Positions 25,601 to 38,282 of a stretch of DNA of 64,000 bases are shown piece after piece; the first letter of the stretch is position 1; the number at the start of each line of letters is the position of its first letter. Below the pieces are notes generated by a model. The model saw nothing but the letters and a program-made list of their open reading frames with translations. It made no database searches and was not told where the DNA came from. The stretch is taken from positions 2,632,525-2,696,524 of the forward strand of contig CM074816.1 of the NCBI GenBank assembly GCA_037447605.1, written 5' to 3'. The DNA is from Zygnema circumcarinatum SAG 698-1b. Taxonomy: Eukaryota > Plantae > Zygnematophyceae. The translations under genes were made by a program, and so were the position numbers.

Positions 25601-28600
25601 ATGTAATGAAGCTACAAGATGCCAGTCAAATGAAATCACAATGAGAGTGTTAGAGAAAGCTCACTGCTCTAAACTCCTTATAATAAAAACCGCTCTCTCC
25701 CACAACGAAGTTCTCCCACCACTTCAAGATCCCTCTTACTCACTACCCCACCCACAAGTGTAAAGCGCCCAGCGTGTTCTCGAAGTAAGACCTCGAGACT
25801 GCGACAAAGTAGTGTAGGTGGGTTTCTTCCCATAATAAAAACTACGACTATAGAGTGAGTGTCCGCGACGCGGATTACGCTACGTCACGCCCCGCCCCGC
25901 CATTGCAAACCCATGCACCGAAGCCCGGAAAGTGGGCGATTCCAGTCAGCCGACCAGCTAGCCGCCTCAGAAACCTACGCCAGCGCCACCTTAAAGTTCT
26001 GTCGGATCGCATATCCGGCCCGCATCGCCGCTGCTGCCAGCCGCTTCCTTTCGTAGCTTCGCCACGACATCTCGCCGCTGCCGTACACTCGAAATCCCGC
26101 GACTCCACATCGCTGAGTGGTCCACGTGGCGCATTCTCGTTTGCCACCAAATATCTTTCCATGTCGCTCACAGCTGGCAGTCCCAAGGCTAAGGCCGCTA
26201 AGCCGCGACACTCAATCGAGTCGCTGCTGGCCTCCTATTTCGCTAATCCGCGTCGCGTTTCGACTAATCACGTTGCTGCCTTCTCAGACGCCCACTTACT
26301 TAAAGCCACCGCTACATTAATCAGCGCCGCTGCTCAGATTCACAAGACCAAGCAAGACTCCACCAAAGTCGAAAGCACCCCATGCCCACCCAGCACCACG
26401 CCTAGCAGATCTCATGTTCTACAAAACTGAGTACCATGCTAGGTGTGTGCCATACAATGCCCAACTATCATACACTCAACACTAACAATCCCTCTCTGGG
26501 ATCTCCGGCCTCGGCCCCTAGCCCAATCAACCCGGCTGCTCACTAGTAGTGTCTCCCCTCACACCCCTTAGCCAACATGTTCCGCAGCCTGCTCTTTGTT
26601 CCTACAAACTTCACCACTATCATCCCTTCCTCTACCAACTCTCGTGACATAATGATATCGGTGACCCTAATGTGCTTATTCTTTTACGGAACACTGTGGT
26701 TGCCTATAAGAGCTAGATGACCGGCTGTCCGTAAAAGAGTCAATGGTGTTTGTGGTCGCTATATTCATCAAAGAAATGCTGGAACCATTATCCTCCTCTT
26801 CGCCGCGCGGCACGCTTCCCATGTACTTCCTTCGGTGCTCGACAAGCACCGACCTCAGGAACTTCAAGCTCCATGAGATCGCGCCTCCTCCGGGAACACA
26901 AATCCTGACGTCGATCGTGACGTGTCCACGTCACCTCCCCAATCTGAGTCGGTGTATCCGATCACTCTAGTCGGCCCCCTCTCAAACCTGAGGCCATAAT
27001 CCAAGGTCCCTTTCACGAATCTGAAGATCCGCTTCACGGCCTCCCAATGTTCAGGACCGGGATTCTCCATGAACCGACTTGCTGAGCTCACGGCTTTCGC
27101 CAAGTCAGGACGAGTACCTATCATCAGATACATTAANNNNNNNNNNAGATACATTAAACTCCCCGATGCCGACATTCAGACGCAGACTCCAGATATTCTT
27201 CTCGTACTCTCCGCGACTGCCGCAGTATCATATCTTTTTCGACAATCGCGTTCGATCTCCATCGACTCAGCAGGATCTGCGATTTCTCCATTTTGAACTC
27301 GGCAGCATATTCGCGGGCGTATTTCTTTTCTCGGGACAAAGAAATAAGCCGCCCCGCCTCTTCAATCAGATTCCTAGAGATACCGTACTCTTAGATCCGA
27401 CATTTTGAAGTTAGCCCAAAAGTCAAGCTTAAATCATTGATCTTCCAATGAGAGGCTCACCACATGAGGTCGCCCACGATCCCAACGCATATGAGATCCC
27501 GCCCTTGTCGATAGACGCAATGATCCGGCTCTCGGACCGCTAAGAACTGTTACTCAAGAGGTCATCAATTCTTTCGTACTAAATCTCCGGGCGCTGTTTA
27601 AATTGCATGCATTCTTTCTTACAAGACGACAAACGATGCTCCCGCCTCAGACAACTTTCTCCTTCGGGTTTCTTCGTACTCATGTGATCTCCTCGCCGAG
27701 ATCTCCTGCATGCAAATGCGTCTTTATATCGAAGCTGACGTAGACGCGGCATCCCTCTACCGCCGCACCCATATAGGGCACCTGAGGAGCTGAACTTCAC
27801 CACGGGCGAAGGTCTCGTGTAGTCGATTCCTGCACCGGCCGGAAGCCTCACACCGTGACACGCCTTGTAATCTGGCCGATGCCTCCCCGTCCGCTTTCGC
27901 TTCACCTGAACACCCACTTGCATCCAATGGCCTCAGCTCTCGTCGCCACGCGTCGTTTCAGCAAATCGCCCCACTTCGCTGCCAATCGCTGCTCGCCATT
28001 CTCTCCATCACCCCGCCGGCGCCCTCGCGTTTGCGTTCGGTGATCATGAAATGCGGCGCCCGCGAAGGTCCGCCAGAGTCTGCAGTACTCTTTTCCCGCA
28101 TTTCAGATTAGTTTTGTGAAGCGCCCTCGGTGATCAGGCTCTCTCTCACCACACGGGTGCTCCTCCGAGGTCCCGGCGCCTCCTCGCTCCTCGTGTTGAA
28201 GAAAATCCCCTGACAAACCCGAGGTATGCTCGACAACATAGTTTTTCACCAGTTTCAAATCTCGGGACTCCCGCCATGCAGCAGGCTGGCCGAAGTTCTC
28301 TCGCCGACAGTAGTGTATGGTGCCGCTTCCGCTGAGGCTGCGGCTCCCCGCTATGCCTCGGGTTCAACTTCCCACGCCGCTTCCACGCTCGGGCGTTGTT
28401 TCCCGGCCAGCCTCCCCGCTCAGCGTGGCCGCCGACCTCCTCTCAGGCCGGGACCTCGGCAGGCGCCCATGCCCTCTTCGCCGGGTCTCTACATCTCGCG
28501 CACAATTTCCAAACCTGCCTGGGTGCGGGTCTCACCTAGCCGAAGTCACCGGACCCCTTCGCCCATCAGAATCGCTCGAAGCTCTCGTGACTGCTTGCTC

Positions 28601-31600
28601 GAGGATTCTTACACCCGAGGCGCGACTGCTCATGTTGTAGCTGAAGCGTACCTTCCACGCTCGGCCGAACTTTCTTTTCTCGCTTCTCGCCTCGCATCAG
28701 TTTACCGCCAACGCTTCCAAAGGTCTGGGACAATCGTGGGGTTTCTCCCACTCCACACCTCTTCGAACCTCGACCCTAAGCAATGCAAGATGGCATCTAT
28801 TTCTAAGGTAAAGGCGGCTGGCTACCGCTTCCCCAAAAGATGCCGAAGGGGAATCTATCAAAGATGTGGTCCCCGCCATGTCTCCCAACGCCCTATCACC
28901 TCTCAAGCAGCTCCATTACTGAGGGGAGTAAGGAGCGTAAAATTCATGCCTTATTCGAAAGCCTTCAAGTACCCGCCAAACTCCCTTTTCTCGACTTGAA
29001 TTCTCCGCTGTCCGAGCGCAGCGTCTTTCGCCGACCGCTTCTCGCTTCCATCCAGTTCGCCAATCTCAAAGTCTGAAGCTTCGTGACTTGTACTTGAGAA
29101 TTTTCACCCAAATTTTCCTCGAAAAAATCGTCGAGGAAGGTGATGAAGTAGCGAGCTCCTCCGCTCGTTGCCGGTGTCACGGGGCCACACAAATCGGTAT
29201 GTACCAATCTTCCCCGCTGAAATGACCTTCCACTTCCTCGAAAAGGGTCTCCCATGCCTTCCCTCTACACACTTTGCAAAAGCCTAGCTCCTTCAACTAT
29301 GTCAATGTCTAACCCGCTGACTAGCTCCCCTTGTTGTTGCGCCCCTTGCGGTTTAGATGACCAAGTCTACGATGCCGTATTTACTGCACTCCTCGCTACT
29401 TATCACACCCTTTACCTTTCTCCTATAATGAAGGTAATATAGGCCTCTTCTCGTATCTCTTTCAAACAAATGCTTCCTCTCACTAAGTGAGTAAATTTAC
29501 GCAAGACTTCTCCCTTTAGCGGTGACTGTAAATTTCTCTACATACTTGACTACTGCATATGAAGTTCTCGCTTTCAGTCGTGGGTGAAGTACGCCAACAT
29601 GCACAACCGCTTCTTTCTTCTTTCTCGTGATGATGAGCCGCCCCCGAGGATCATCTTTTGGCTACTCCTCCTTGTAACCGCTACTCCTCTCCCGGCTGAA
29701 AGTGAATGTGATCTCGTCCTTCCAAGGTGTCCAGCTGTGAGAATATTCGCTGAGTCAAGCACATGTGCGTGGAAGCGCCAGAAGTCGACGCCTATGGCCG
29801 CTTCAAATCCGCAACTCCGGATCTTCCCAACAAAATCGAATGTTCACAAGATGAGATTCGTTTCCACCGCTTACTCAGGTCTGTGTTTTGTGGCCTCGCT
29901 TCTTGCATTCGGGGCGTATTCCCTTGAATCCCTTCGACGGATGATCTATGCTCCTCCACCCCATCTTGGTGTGTTCTTGTTTCAGAATAAATGCAATGAA
30001 GTGGGTCTGCCTTGCCGCGACGTAACACGCCCCCGCTGTATGCCTCCCACTTGCCTCCCGCTTCTACAAGACTCCCTCTTCTCAACTTTGCTGAGCATAA
30101 ATAATCAACACCTCTCCATCGCCTTGGGATGTTGTTCTCCTCCTGATCTCGCTTCACTCCGCTTCGCGGGTCATCATCACTTGCGTTTGCTGAACAGCCC
30201 TAAGAGCCGCAATCGCTACAGCCTGACCCGCCTGTGCAGTCCTGTAAACTATTTATTTTATGGTCTCCTCTAACTGCTTTTGCAAATACTGCAATCTTCC
30301 ATTAGAGTATCAAATCTGACCATATATTCACTCAAAATTTCTTCCGGTGACATCTTTCATTTTCCCAAGCCGCTGTAGAGGCTTCGACTATCGCTACGCT
30401 ATCCTTACGCCATACACTTCCTCTAAGCATCTCCACATGCGATGTGAAGTCTTAAGGTCATACAAGATGAATAGGGACTTCACGCCATGACGCATCCGGG
30501 GCGGTGGCCTTGTTTGCCCCGTCCTCCATCCGGGCGCAGCGTCAACCTGACCGCCGCCTGCCGCGTTCTCCACGTGGCCAGACCGGCGGTTTTGATGGTG
30601 CCGCCAACGTATTCCCAAAATTCTTGCCCACAAGCAAAGGAAACTTCAAATTACCATCTCCACCCCTTTTGTAGTCCTAACCATCAACGCCGGATGCCGA
30701 ACTTCACGCTGTCCTCCTCGCCACCTCGTACTTCCTATATCACTTGTCAAGCAGGGTCTCGCTTCCTTCACTTCCTGCTGCCACCGGTGTCGCCTCTCCA
30801 TTGAACTTGAGTTCTACCTGACAATATTCAAACACTCAAAGCTCTATCTTACTTCACTCATCGCCCATAACAAATGTGAATTTGTGTTTGGCGCACAAGT
30901 ACTGGAAATCATAATGGTAGAAGAGTTGTGGAGAAAGTTTCACGCCTAAAACTCCTTATAATAAATCGTTTTCCCATTAATAATGAAGTTTCTCCCCACC
31001 ACTTAAGATCCTCTACTCACACCCCACTACTGCTCAGGCGCCTGCCAGCACGCAGCGTGCTCCCCGGTAAGACCCGAGACTATGATGTAGTAGTGTAGGT
31101 GGGTTTCTTCCCATAATAAATCCACGCATCTATAATATGGTTCGTGACGCGACACACATAGTCACGCCCCGTCCGCTTCATTGCAAACCCATGCACCGGA
31201 AGTCCGGGCGACTCGTAAATGGCCGACTCAGCCTAGCCGCCTCAGAACCTAATATTTGCCGGGCGCTCCACTTGCTTTGTTTGATTGTGACATCCGTCTG
31301 CATTGCTGGCCAAGTTTCGCTGGGCTGCCTTTTCAAGTAGCTTTCGCCATATCTTCGCCGTATACCTCAATCTCGCGACTCACATCGCGAAGGTTCATAT
31401 GGCGATTTCGTTCGCCGCCAAATATCTTTCCATGCTGTTTTCCGCGTTGCAACTTCGCTACGCTTTCCTCGGCGTTGGGCGCTGCCGCTACTCATTAATG
31501 AAGTCGCTAGTCTGCATTTCGCTAATTCAAGGCCACCAATAATGTTGCACGCTTCAGACTTCCACTTACTTGTGTTACCGCTGCTGATAATCGGGCCGCT

Positions 31601-33505
31601 GCTGTGATTCGCCAGACCAGCGGCCAAGACTCACCAAAGTCGAGTAGACCGACATACGTCTAAGACATCTACGCCACAGATCTCATGTTCTACAAAACTG
31701 AGTACCACAACAAGTTAGTGTGTGCCATACAATGTCTAACTATCATACACTAACACTAACATCCGGTTGGTATCCCTTCTACCCTTTCGCTCCCTTGTTG
31801 TATCCAGACTTGTGCTGATGGAATTGGTATTCGTGTTTTAGGCTGCCCTTTCGGCGTTGCATCTTATGTTGATCGTTTTGTTGATGATGCTTTGGTTGAG
31901 GATCGTCTGGAATTAGATGAGCTTCCACATCTTTCAGTCCTCGGTGGCATTTTCTTTTGCTTACTGGATTTGTTTTGCTTTCGCGTCGGAGTCATACCTT
32001 TGCGAACTCTCCTCTAACTACGCTTTCCTTGAGTCATTGCAATCTTTTAGATGAGGCGTTTGTTTCTGTATATGGCCGCCTTTTGGGTCACGGTATTTTT
32101 GATGCGACGGAGAGTCAGCTTTACTGCGTCACGCAAAGCCTACGCTCCTATTTAGAAGCCGGCGGTTTAGGACTCATCGGAGCAATTCGTGTGGCGCCTT
32201 ACGCGTTTTTTGGGTAGTTGGGCTCTCGTTGCTCCTATTTTGGCTTCGCGTTTTATTGTGGCTGATCATCCGTTGCTTCAGTCTGTTGTCGCTCATGTTG
32301 ATGATGGTGATCTTCCGTCTCACGTTGCATTGCGTGATGCCCATGGTTTGCTTCTGCTAGTGCTTTCGGGGCTTCGTCGCCCCGTTTGTTTTGCTTTACC
32401 CGTCAGTGTTCCGCGTGTCCGACTCACTTTGGCCGATGAGGTTGTTCGCTGTGAGGATTCTCTACCCTTATTAGCGGCTCTTCGCGCCCGATGTTCGCGT
32501 GCTGAAACCCGGCTCTTGTCGCGAGGTCACGGGGCGGGGCTTGGTTAGGTATTACCCCGATGGTATTTTCCACCCGCCGTTTTACGGCCCGAGGGCAGGT
32601 TTAAAACTGCGGCCCAGCGACCGTCTCGGGCTCCCCATCCGCCATTCTTGAGGGTTCTCCCTCGTTGTGTTTGTGGTGATTCGATTGATGCGCAGGGCGT
32701 TCATCTACTTCGATATTGCACCGCAGGCGAGCATTTTGGCTCATAATATTTATTAGCGATCGCGATTCTTTGCGATTGGCTCAAGCTAACTTACAGCAAT
32801 GCGGCCAGGAGCCGGAAGCCACACAGTATCCCCACGGCCCGGAAACTATTGCATTGGCGGCCAGCGAGAACCCGCTACGATTTGAAAGCTCTTATGGATG
32901 GTGCCCGCGATTTTTGGGGATATTGTGTTGGCCGATCCAACCGTCGCTTGTTGCGTTGTGTCCACGCGTCGCGGCACATCATGAAGGCGTGTTGCTCGCC
33001 CGATCTTTGACCCTTCATGAGGCGTGCATATGCTCACCCGTGATGATGCGGCCGGCCGAGTTTGTTCCTATGGCTATTGAGATTTTTTGGGCACCGACAC
33101 CCGTTTGGATACCTTCCTTAGCCGGGCGCCCATCGCTCTTCGAGATGCGGCCGGAAGCCCTCCTCCGGCGATCTTGGCTACCTTTATGCGACAGCGTATT
33201 TCCGTGCGCCCGCCGGCGTTGCGCACCAAACTTCACGCTACTTCGGCGTCTTTGCGGTTGTTGGTGACGTGTTGAGGTGGACTTCCGCCCGCTCCCTCCC
33301 TTCGCTGGCGTGCCTCACATCACATTTGACCTTCGCGGCTGCTTCTAGGGCTGCGTTGTTGTGCCTAGGCGTAGTTTTCCGCTCCTAGCTTCGTTTTATT
33401 GTGTTTCGGTCCTTTGTGACCAGTCCTTCGTGGTTCCACATTTTGCCTTTATCCATGTAAATTTGATGGCCTCGCCATCGCGAGTTCAATGAAAGTTTGC
33501 GTGAC
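22669..33505 (+). mobile_element. Full-length decayed CRE-clade non-LTR retrotransposon (~4.5 kb net), interrupted by a copia
   Basis: RT remnants (HIAGRVP, GFRPIAVG, DVTNAFN) at 24780-25090. Endonuclease-region remnants at 32520-33000. The 3' end is shared with 11933-12708. 18-bp TSD with one mismatch: GGCTAGTACGGATAGTAC (22651-22668) / GGCTAGTACGAATAGTAC (33506-33523). Confidence 0.75.
25469..31761 (-). mobile_element. Full-length, heavily decayed Ty1/copia with LTRs at 25469-26487 and 30745-31761
   Basis: Diverged ~1.02-kb direct repeats with TG/CA ends and a TCCGG TSD on both sides (25464-25468, 31762-31766). PPT AGAGAGGGAT lies next to 26487. Minus-strand remnants: gag WRCLEE (~30420), integrase LVHTDLCGP (~29200), RT/RNaseH TRPDLAKAVS...GYTDSDWGGD (~27000). 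Confidence 0.9.
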
Positions 33506-33789
33506 GGCTAGTACGAATAGTACGAATAGTACAGATAGTACGAATAGTACGAATAATACGGCTAACACAAAGTTACCGTACAAAAAGGTGGTTTCGGCAA
33601 AATCGGGGCGAATTTCTTGGGGACGCACTTTTGAAGGTGGAAAATATGACGGGGTCCTACTGTAGATTCCACCACCGTACGGTAACGGAAACCAGGCACG
33701 GGTCCACCGCTTTGCGATTTTCCAAAATCTCATTGTTGATCGGTGGATACAAAGAACGGCGGGGGATTGGCATTGATCTCACGATGGAC

Positions 33790-34342
33790 AGCCCTGCTCT
33801 GAACCTTCGCCCTAAATCTGAACCCATTTCGGCCGTTAACCCTAAAACCGGAAGGTTCGAAGCCTGCTCTGAACCCCGGTGGTTTAACCCAATTGTTGAT
33901 CTCATGCTTGTCGGAGAGCGTTGATCGGATGCCCAAGGGATCAACGACCAGCTCAATTCCGTACGGTTCTTTGCGTTATTGTGCCGAAATCCGTAAACCG
34001 TTATTTGGTCGTTTTTCTTGCCGTAAATTTTACTTCACCGTACCCTACTAGAACACACAAGAAATTAATGATTTTGATTTCTCAAAAAAATAAACTTTTA
34101 CAATCAACTCCCATTCGCGTTCAATTTCGATTTAACGGTTTACGGGTTTCGGACAAAAACGCAAAGGACCGTACGGAATTGAACTGGTCGTTGATCCCTT
34201 GGGCATCAGATCAACGCCCTCCGAAAATCATGAAATCAACAATTGGGTCAAACCACCGGGGTTCAGAGCAGGCTTCGAACCTTCCTTTTTTAGGGTTAAG
34301 GGCGGAAACGGGTTCAGATTTAGGGCGAGGGTTCAGAGCAGA
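33790..34342. repeat. Inverted repeat (~180-bp arms) of a foldback/MITE-like element
   Basis: 33790-33975 is the imperfect reverse complement of 34160-34342. Confidence 0.8.
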
Positions 34343-34988
34343 GTTCAAGTCCTTTCCGTGTCATACTAAGCCCATACATTTTGAGAAAGAAGCCCATTTT
34401 TTTTGAAGCATAATTCATTCAAAATTAAACAAATATCGTAACTTCTATTTTTTGAAATCTATCCACTCTATACGAATATTATACCCAAAAAAAATAAAAA
34501 AGCAAACGCGCAAATATTTCCTTCCTGCCCCTAAAAAAAAAGGAATTGGGGAGAAAACTTCCAATATCCGTAACACCCCTATTTCTGCTTCCTCCATTCG
34601 TTCCAGTTCCCGCTCGATCGAATTTCCCTCGATCGCCTTCCAGGAAATGATCGAATGATGAATTTTTTATCTAAATAAACAAAAACAAAAAAAAACAGAA
34701 AAAAAAAAAAAAAAAAAAANNNNNNNNNNAGGAAGAGAGAGAGAGAGAGTGGGGGGAAGGGAGAGAGAGGGGAAGAGGGAGAGGGGCAAGGCAGAGAGAG
34801 TGCGAGAGAGTGACGAGAGAAGGCAAAAAAGTGGCAGAGAGAGAATGGAGAGCCAAGGGAGAGAGCGAAAGGGAGGGAGAGAGGGAGAGACGAGAAAGTG
34901 AGAGAGGAATTGGGAGAAAGTGGAGGAAGGGGAGTGAGACAGGAGCCGAGCGAGAGAGAAAGTGAGGAAGAGAAAGAGTCAGTGAGAA

Positions 34989-35038
<50 letters not shown>

Positions 35039-35043
35039 CTGAC

Positions 35044-36462
35044 CTGCGCGATGATGCCCCGGCCAGTGGCGCCCTCCGCCACAATGCCAGCTGTCAGTCC
35101 CAGAGCGGCCCATCCGCCATTGGTGGCCTCCACCACGCGTTGCCGCTGAACAAGCCACACCCCGCCACGTCAGCCCTAAAAACCCGCCCCTACAGACCAC
35201 ACGCAAACCTTCCAAACCCTTGACCTGCCTGCCCTTCACACAGTCCCTACAACCTCAAAAATCAGACCTAACCCAAGAAAAACGACAAAAAAAAAAAAAA
35301 AAAATTGACAAAACGTAAAAAAGTATATACATAGTGTAAACATAGTGTATATATATGTATATATTAATCATCGCTTTCTCGGCAGAAAGGGAGGGGGAAG
35401 GACCTGGTGAGCGGCCTTCTTGAGGCGGCGCTGCATGTCCTCCTCCGCCATGCGCTTCGCTGCCAGGGGGTCCACCAGCAGGACCTCCCGCACAGGGGCC
35501 TTGCGCCGGAGGGGGGCAGGGCCCACCTGAGGGAGAGGGAGAGGGAGAGGGAGAGGGAGAGGGNNNNNNNNNNTTAGGGTTAGGGTTAGGGTTAGGGTTA
35601 GGGTTAGGGTTAGGGTTAGGGTTAGAGTTAATGTTATGTTAGGGTTAGAGTTAGGGTTAGGGTAAGGGTTGGGGTTAAGGTTAGGGTTAGGGTTAGGGTT
35701 AGGGTTAGGGTTAGGGTTAGGATTAGTGTTATGTTAGGGTTAGGGTCAGAGTTAGGGTTAGAGTTAGGGATAAAGTTAGAATTTGGGTTAGGAATAAAGT
35801 TAAGGTTAGGGTTAGGGTTGAGAATGTTGAGGATTAGAATTTTAGGAAATGACTTTTGGCGTGTAGAATTCAGGGTTAGATTAAACTGTTCAATGAGGTA
35901 GGATTTCCTAAAACCCTGAAACCTTAAACCGTAAGAGGGTTAATAGTAAACATGTTAAATTTTATAATAACAATGATATTCACCAATAAAAGTAGGTGGT
36001 ACGCAGACAGACCCACCTCTGCAACCGCCCTCCTTCTCCCTCTCCCTCTCCCGCTTCTCCATTTTTCTAAACCGATCGGCGAAACTGAGAAAAAAAGGAA
36101 ACGATGAAAGTAAAGAAAAGATAAATATTTACACTGTCAAATAAACAAACATCAAGAAAGAGAATTTTAAGAACTTCAAATACCTTAAAACTTGACACCC
36201 TAACGCCCTCAACCCTAAACTCTGCACGTTAAACCCGCCAAATAAAATTCCATGATCAAAAGAATCAGATCATCAAATCCTGCAAACACTTGAACCCTCA
36301 AACCCCGACCGCAAAAAAACAAAATTAGGGTTTAGGGTTCAAAGCCTCACAACCTGCCACGTGGCTTCTGCCACTTCTCAGAGCACCACAGCCGTCCGAT
36401 AGGGTGCGACGTGGCTCAATCTCGACCGTCCATCCCCTAATAGCCTGCCCTTGCAGAGCCAT
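35044..36462 (-). CDS. Plastid LHC-like (CAB-motif) protein of the SEP/LIL group; exons 36462-36354, 36084-36017, 35526-35404, 35145-35044; last exon not found
   Basis: GT-AG exons splice in frame to MALQGQAIRGW...AVAE-VGPAPLRRKAPVREVLLVDPLAAKRMAEEDMQRRLKKAAHQ-RQRVVEATNGGWAALGLTAGIVAEGATGRGIIAQ. The last part matches the ExxNxxxAxxG...E..TG.G...Q helix motif. The N-terminus looks like a transit peptide. Confidence 0.75.
35574..35825 (+). repeat. (TTAGGG)n array, pure at the left and degenerating to the right, intronic
   Basis: Read directly. It begins at a 10-N gap and lies between exons 35526 and 36017 of the LHC-like gene. Confidence 0.95.
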
Positions 36463-37718
36463 CGGCCCCAACCAAGACCCTCTCTTTAAAGGAAAAAAAA
36501 ATGGAAAAAGTAAATCGAAAATAAACTAACAAAAAGGCAGGCGAATGAATCCCCGAGCGGAAGTTTCAAGTTCGGCAGTCGGAATTTAAAAAAAAAAAAA
36601 GTTGCAAAACTTCGGTTCAGAGGTTACAAACTTTTAGTCTCAGTTTGCAACTTCAAAGGAAACATAGACCGTACGGACGCGCCCTCAAATGGGTCCAAAT
36701 CGAGTTCTAGGCTTTGTGGCTCTTTCCGCCTCTTCACACTTGCGACAATTGAGTGGCTCTGGAACGCTCCCTAGCCGACAGAATTTTAACTTGACCACGT
36801 GGCACGCCCAAAGCCATCAGTCACACGTGTGGAAGTGCAAGTGCCACGTCACCAGGCTACGTGTTGATGTCTCTGTGGAGAACGAAAATATTGTGATGAG
36901 AAAGTGTTCGGTCATTTTATTCGTACACCTCGTTGCACCGACAAGACTTTGATGACGTGACTTCCTGTCATTGGCTGAAATTTTTCAGCGTGGCAAAAAA
37001 GGTTTGCCATTTGACGAATGCTGAGTGTACAAGTACGGGCGTTACGGGCACACTGTTTTCGGTTTGCAAGCAAAAACTGAAATCTGCAAACCAGTGGCGT
37101 CAGCCAGCATTGATGACGTCATATTTTACGTCGGTATTCTGTACGAAGGGCAGAGCTATGCTTGTTCGTACAGGTCACCGGCTTGCATACGACAAATTTA
37201 CAGTGTCATTTAGGGCAGCTTTTTCCACGGCGTTTTTCTGATTACGTCATCAAAACCAACCCGCTGACGTCATTAGTCGGTTCCAGGCGGGCAGTGCCCC
37301 TTAGCGGGGGAAGGGGCGAAGGTGGGGGCTACCTTTCTGGATTTTGCTGGAAAACTGGTTTTTGTTGAAAAACTAGTTTTTTGTTTAGAAACTCGGGTGG
37401 CGCTGGTGCCTGGTTCCTGAGGAACAGTTTTTAGGGTTGGCAGGGTTCAGAGCAGAGACTGGGATCGGGTGAGAGAGGGAATTAGGGTTCAGGGCTGGGG
37501 CGGATAGGGAGAAGGCGAGAGTAGAATTTTCGTCTAGAAGGGAGAGGCTGCCCGAGTACTGGAGCAAGGAGAAAAAAAAAATTGATCTGGATTGATTGGT
37601 CTGCCCGGTGGGAAGTGGGCCAGCTAGTACTGAACCCAAGAGGATTAAAATTCGCTCGTTTTAAATTTCGTTCAGAAAAAGTTTTTTTATTTTTCGGTCT
37701 GCTTAATTTGAGACGCAA

Positions 37719-38282
37719 ATGGCGAAAGATTTGCAAATGGAGGAGGAGGACATGTTTGCGACGAAAAAGCGGCTCAAGAACCCTCTCATTCCCATTGGTC
37801 AGAGAATTTTATATTTCCGTACATGTCATTTCTCTACTAACAAAAAAAACCAGAACCTAAAATTACGGAAAACCCAAAACGCAACGCCCCAATATCCGAA
37901 AACCCAGAAACTCAAAATCCCAAAACCCTCCTAACCCTAAAAATCTGAAAACCCAAAAACCCATGTCTATCCAACCGTCTGTGTCACTGTCAGTTTTAGC
38001 TTTATTAGTTTCAATGCCATTTTTTTTTTTTTTTTTTTGTTCACGGACTGTAGATCATAAACGAACCTGAACATGAACACGAACATAAATATTTTTTTTT
38101 TTTTTTTTTTTGGTACAGGAGCCATGGCTACCGCAGGGGTTTTGGTGGCTGGGTTGGTGGCCTTCAAGCAGGGAAACTATGGGAGGAGCCAAACCCTAAT
38201 GCGGGCACGCGTGGTGTTCCAAGCGGCCACTGTCGCCCTCATGGTGGGAACGGTCTACCTCGGGGCCAAAACCATAGAGTGA
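37719..38282 (+). CDS. HIGD2: HIG1-domain (RCF1/HIGD2-like) mitochondrial inner-membrane protein; exons 37719-37797 and 38119-38282
   Basis: KNPLIPIG|AMATAGVLVAGLVAFKQGN...SQTLMRARVVFQAATVALMVG is the HIG1 signature. The phase-1 GT-AG intron is consistent. Confidence 0.9.

Noticed and set aside
33506-33560. Regular short repeats (AGTACGAAT)n and GTACGACC arrays, superficially CRISPR-like
   Set aside because: There are no unique spacers and no cas genes, the context is eukaryotic, and they are MITE subterminal repeats.
35574-35825. True chromosome end or fusion point
   Set aside because: In-frame exons of one gene lie on both sides, and the degeneration polarity does not fit a terminal telomere.
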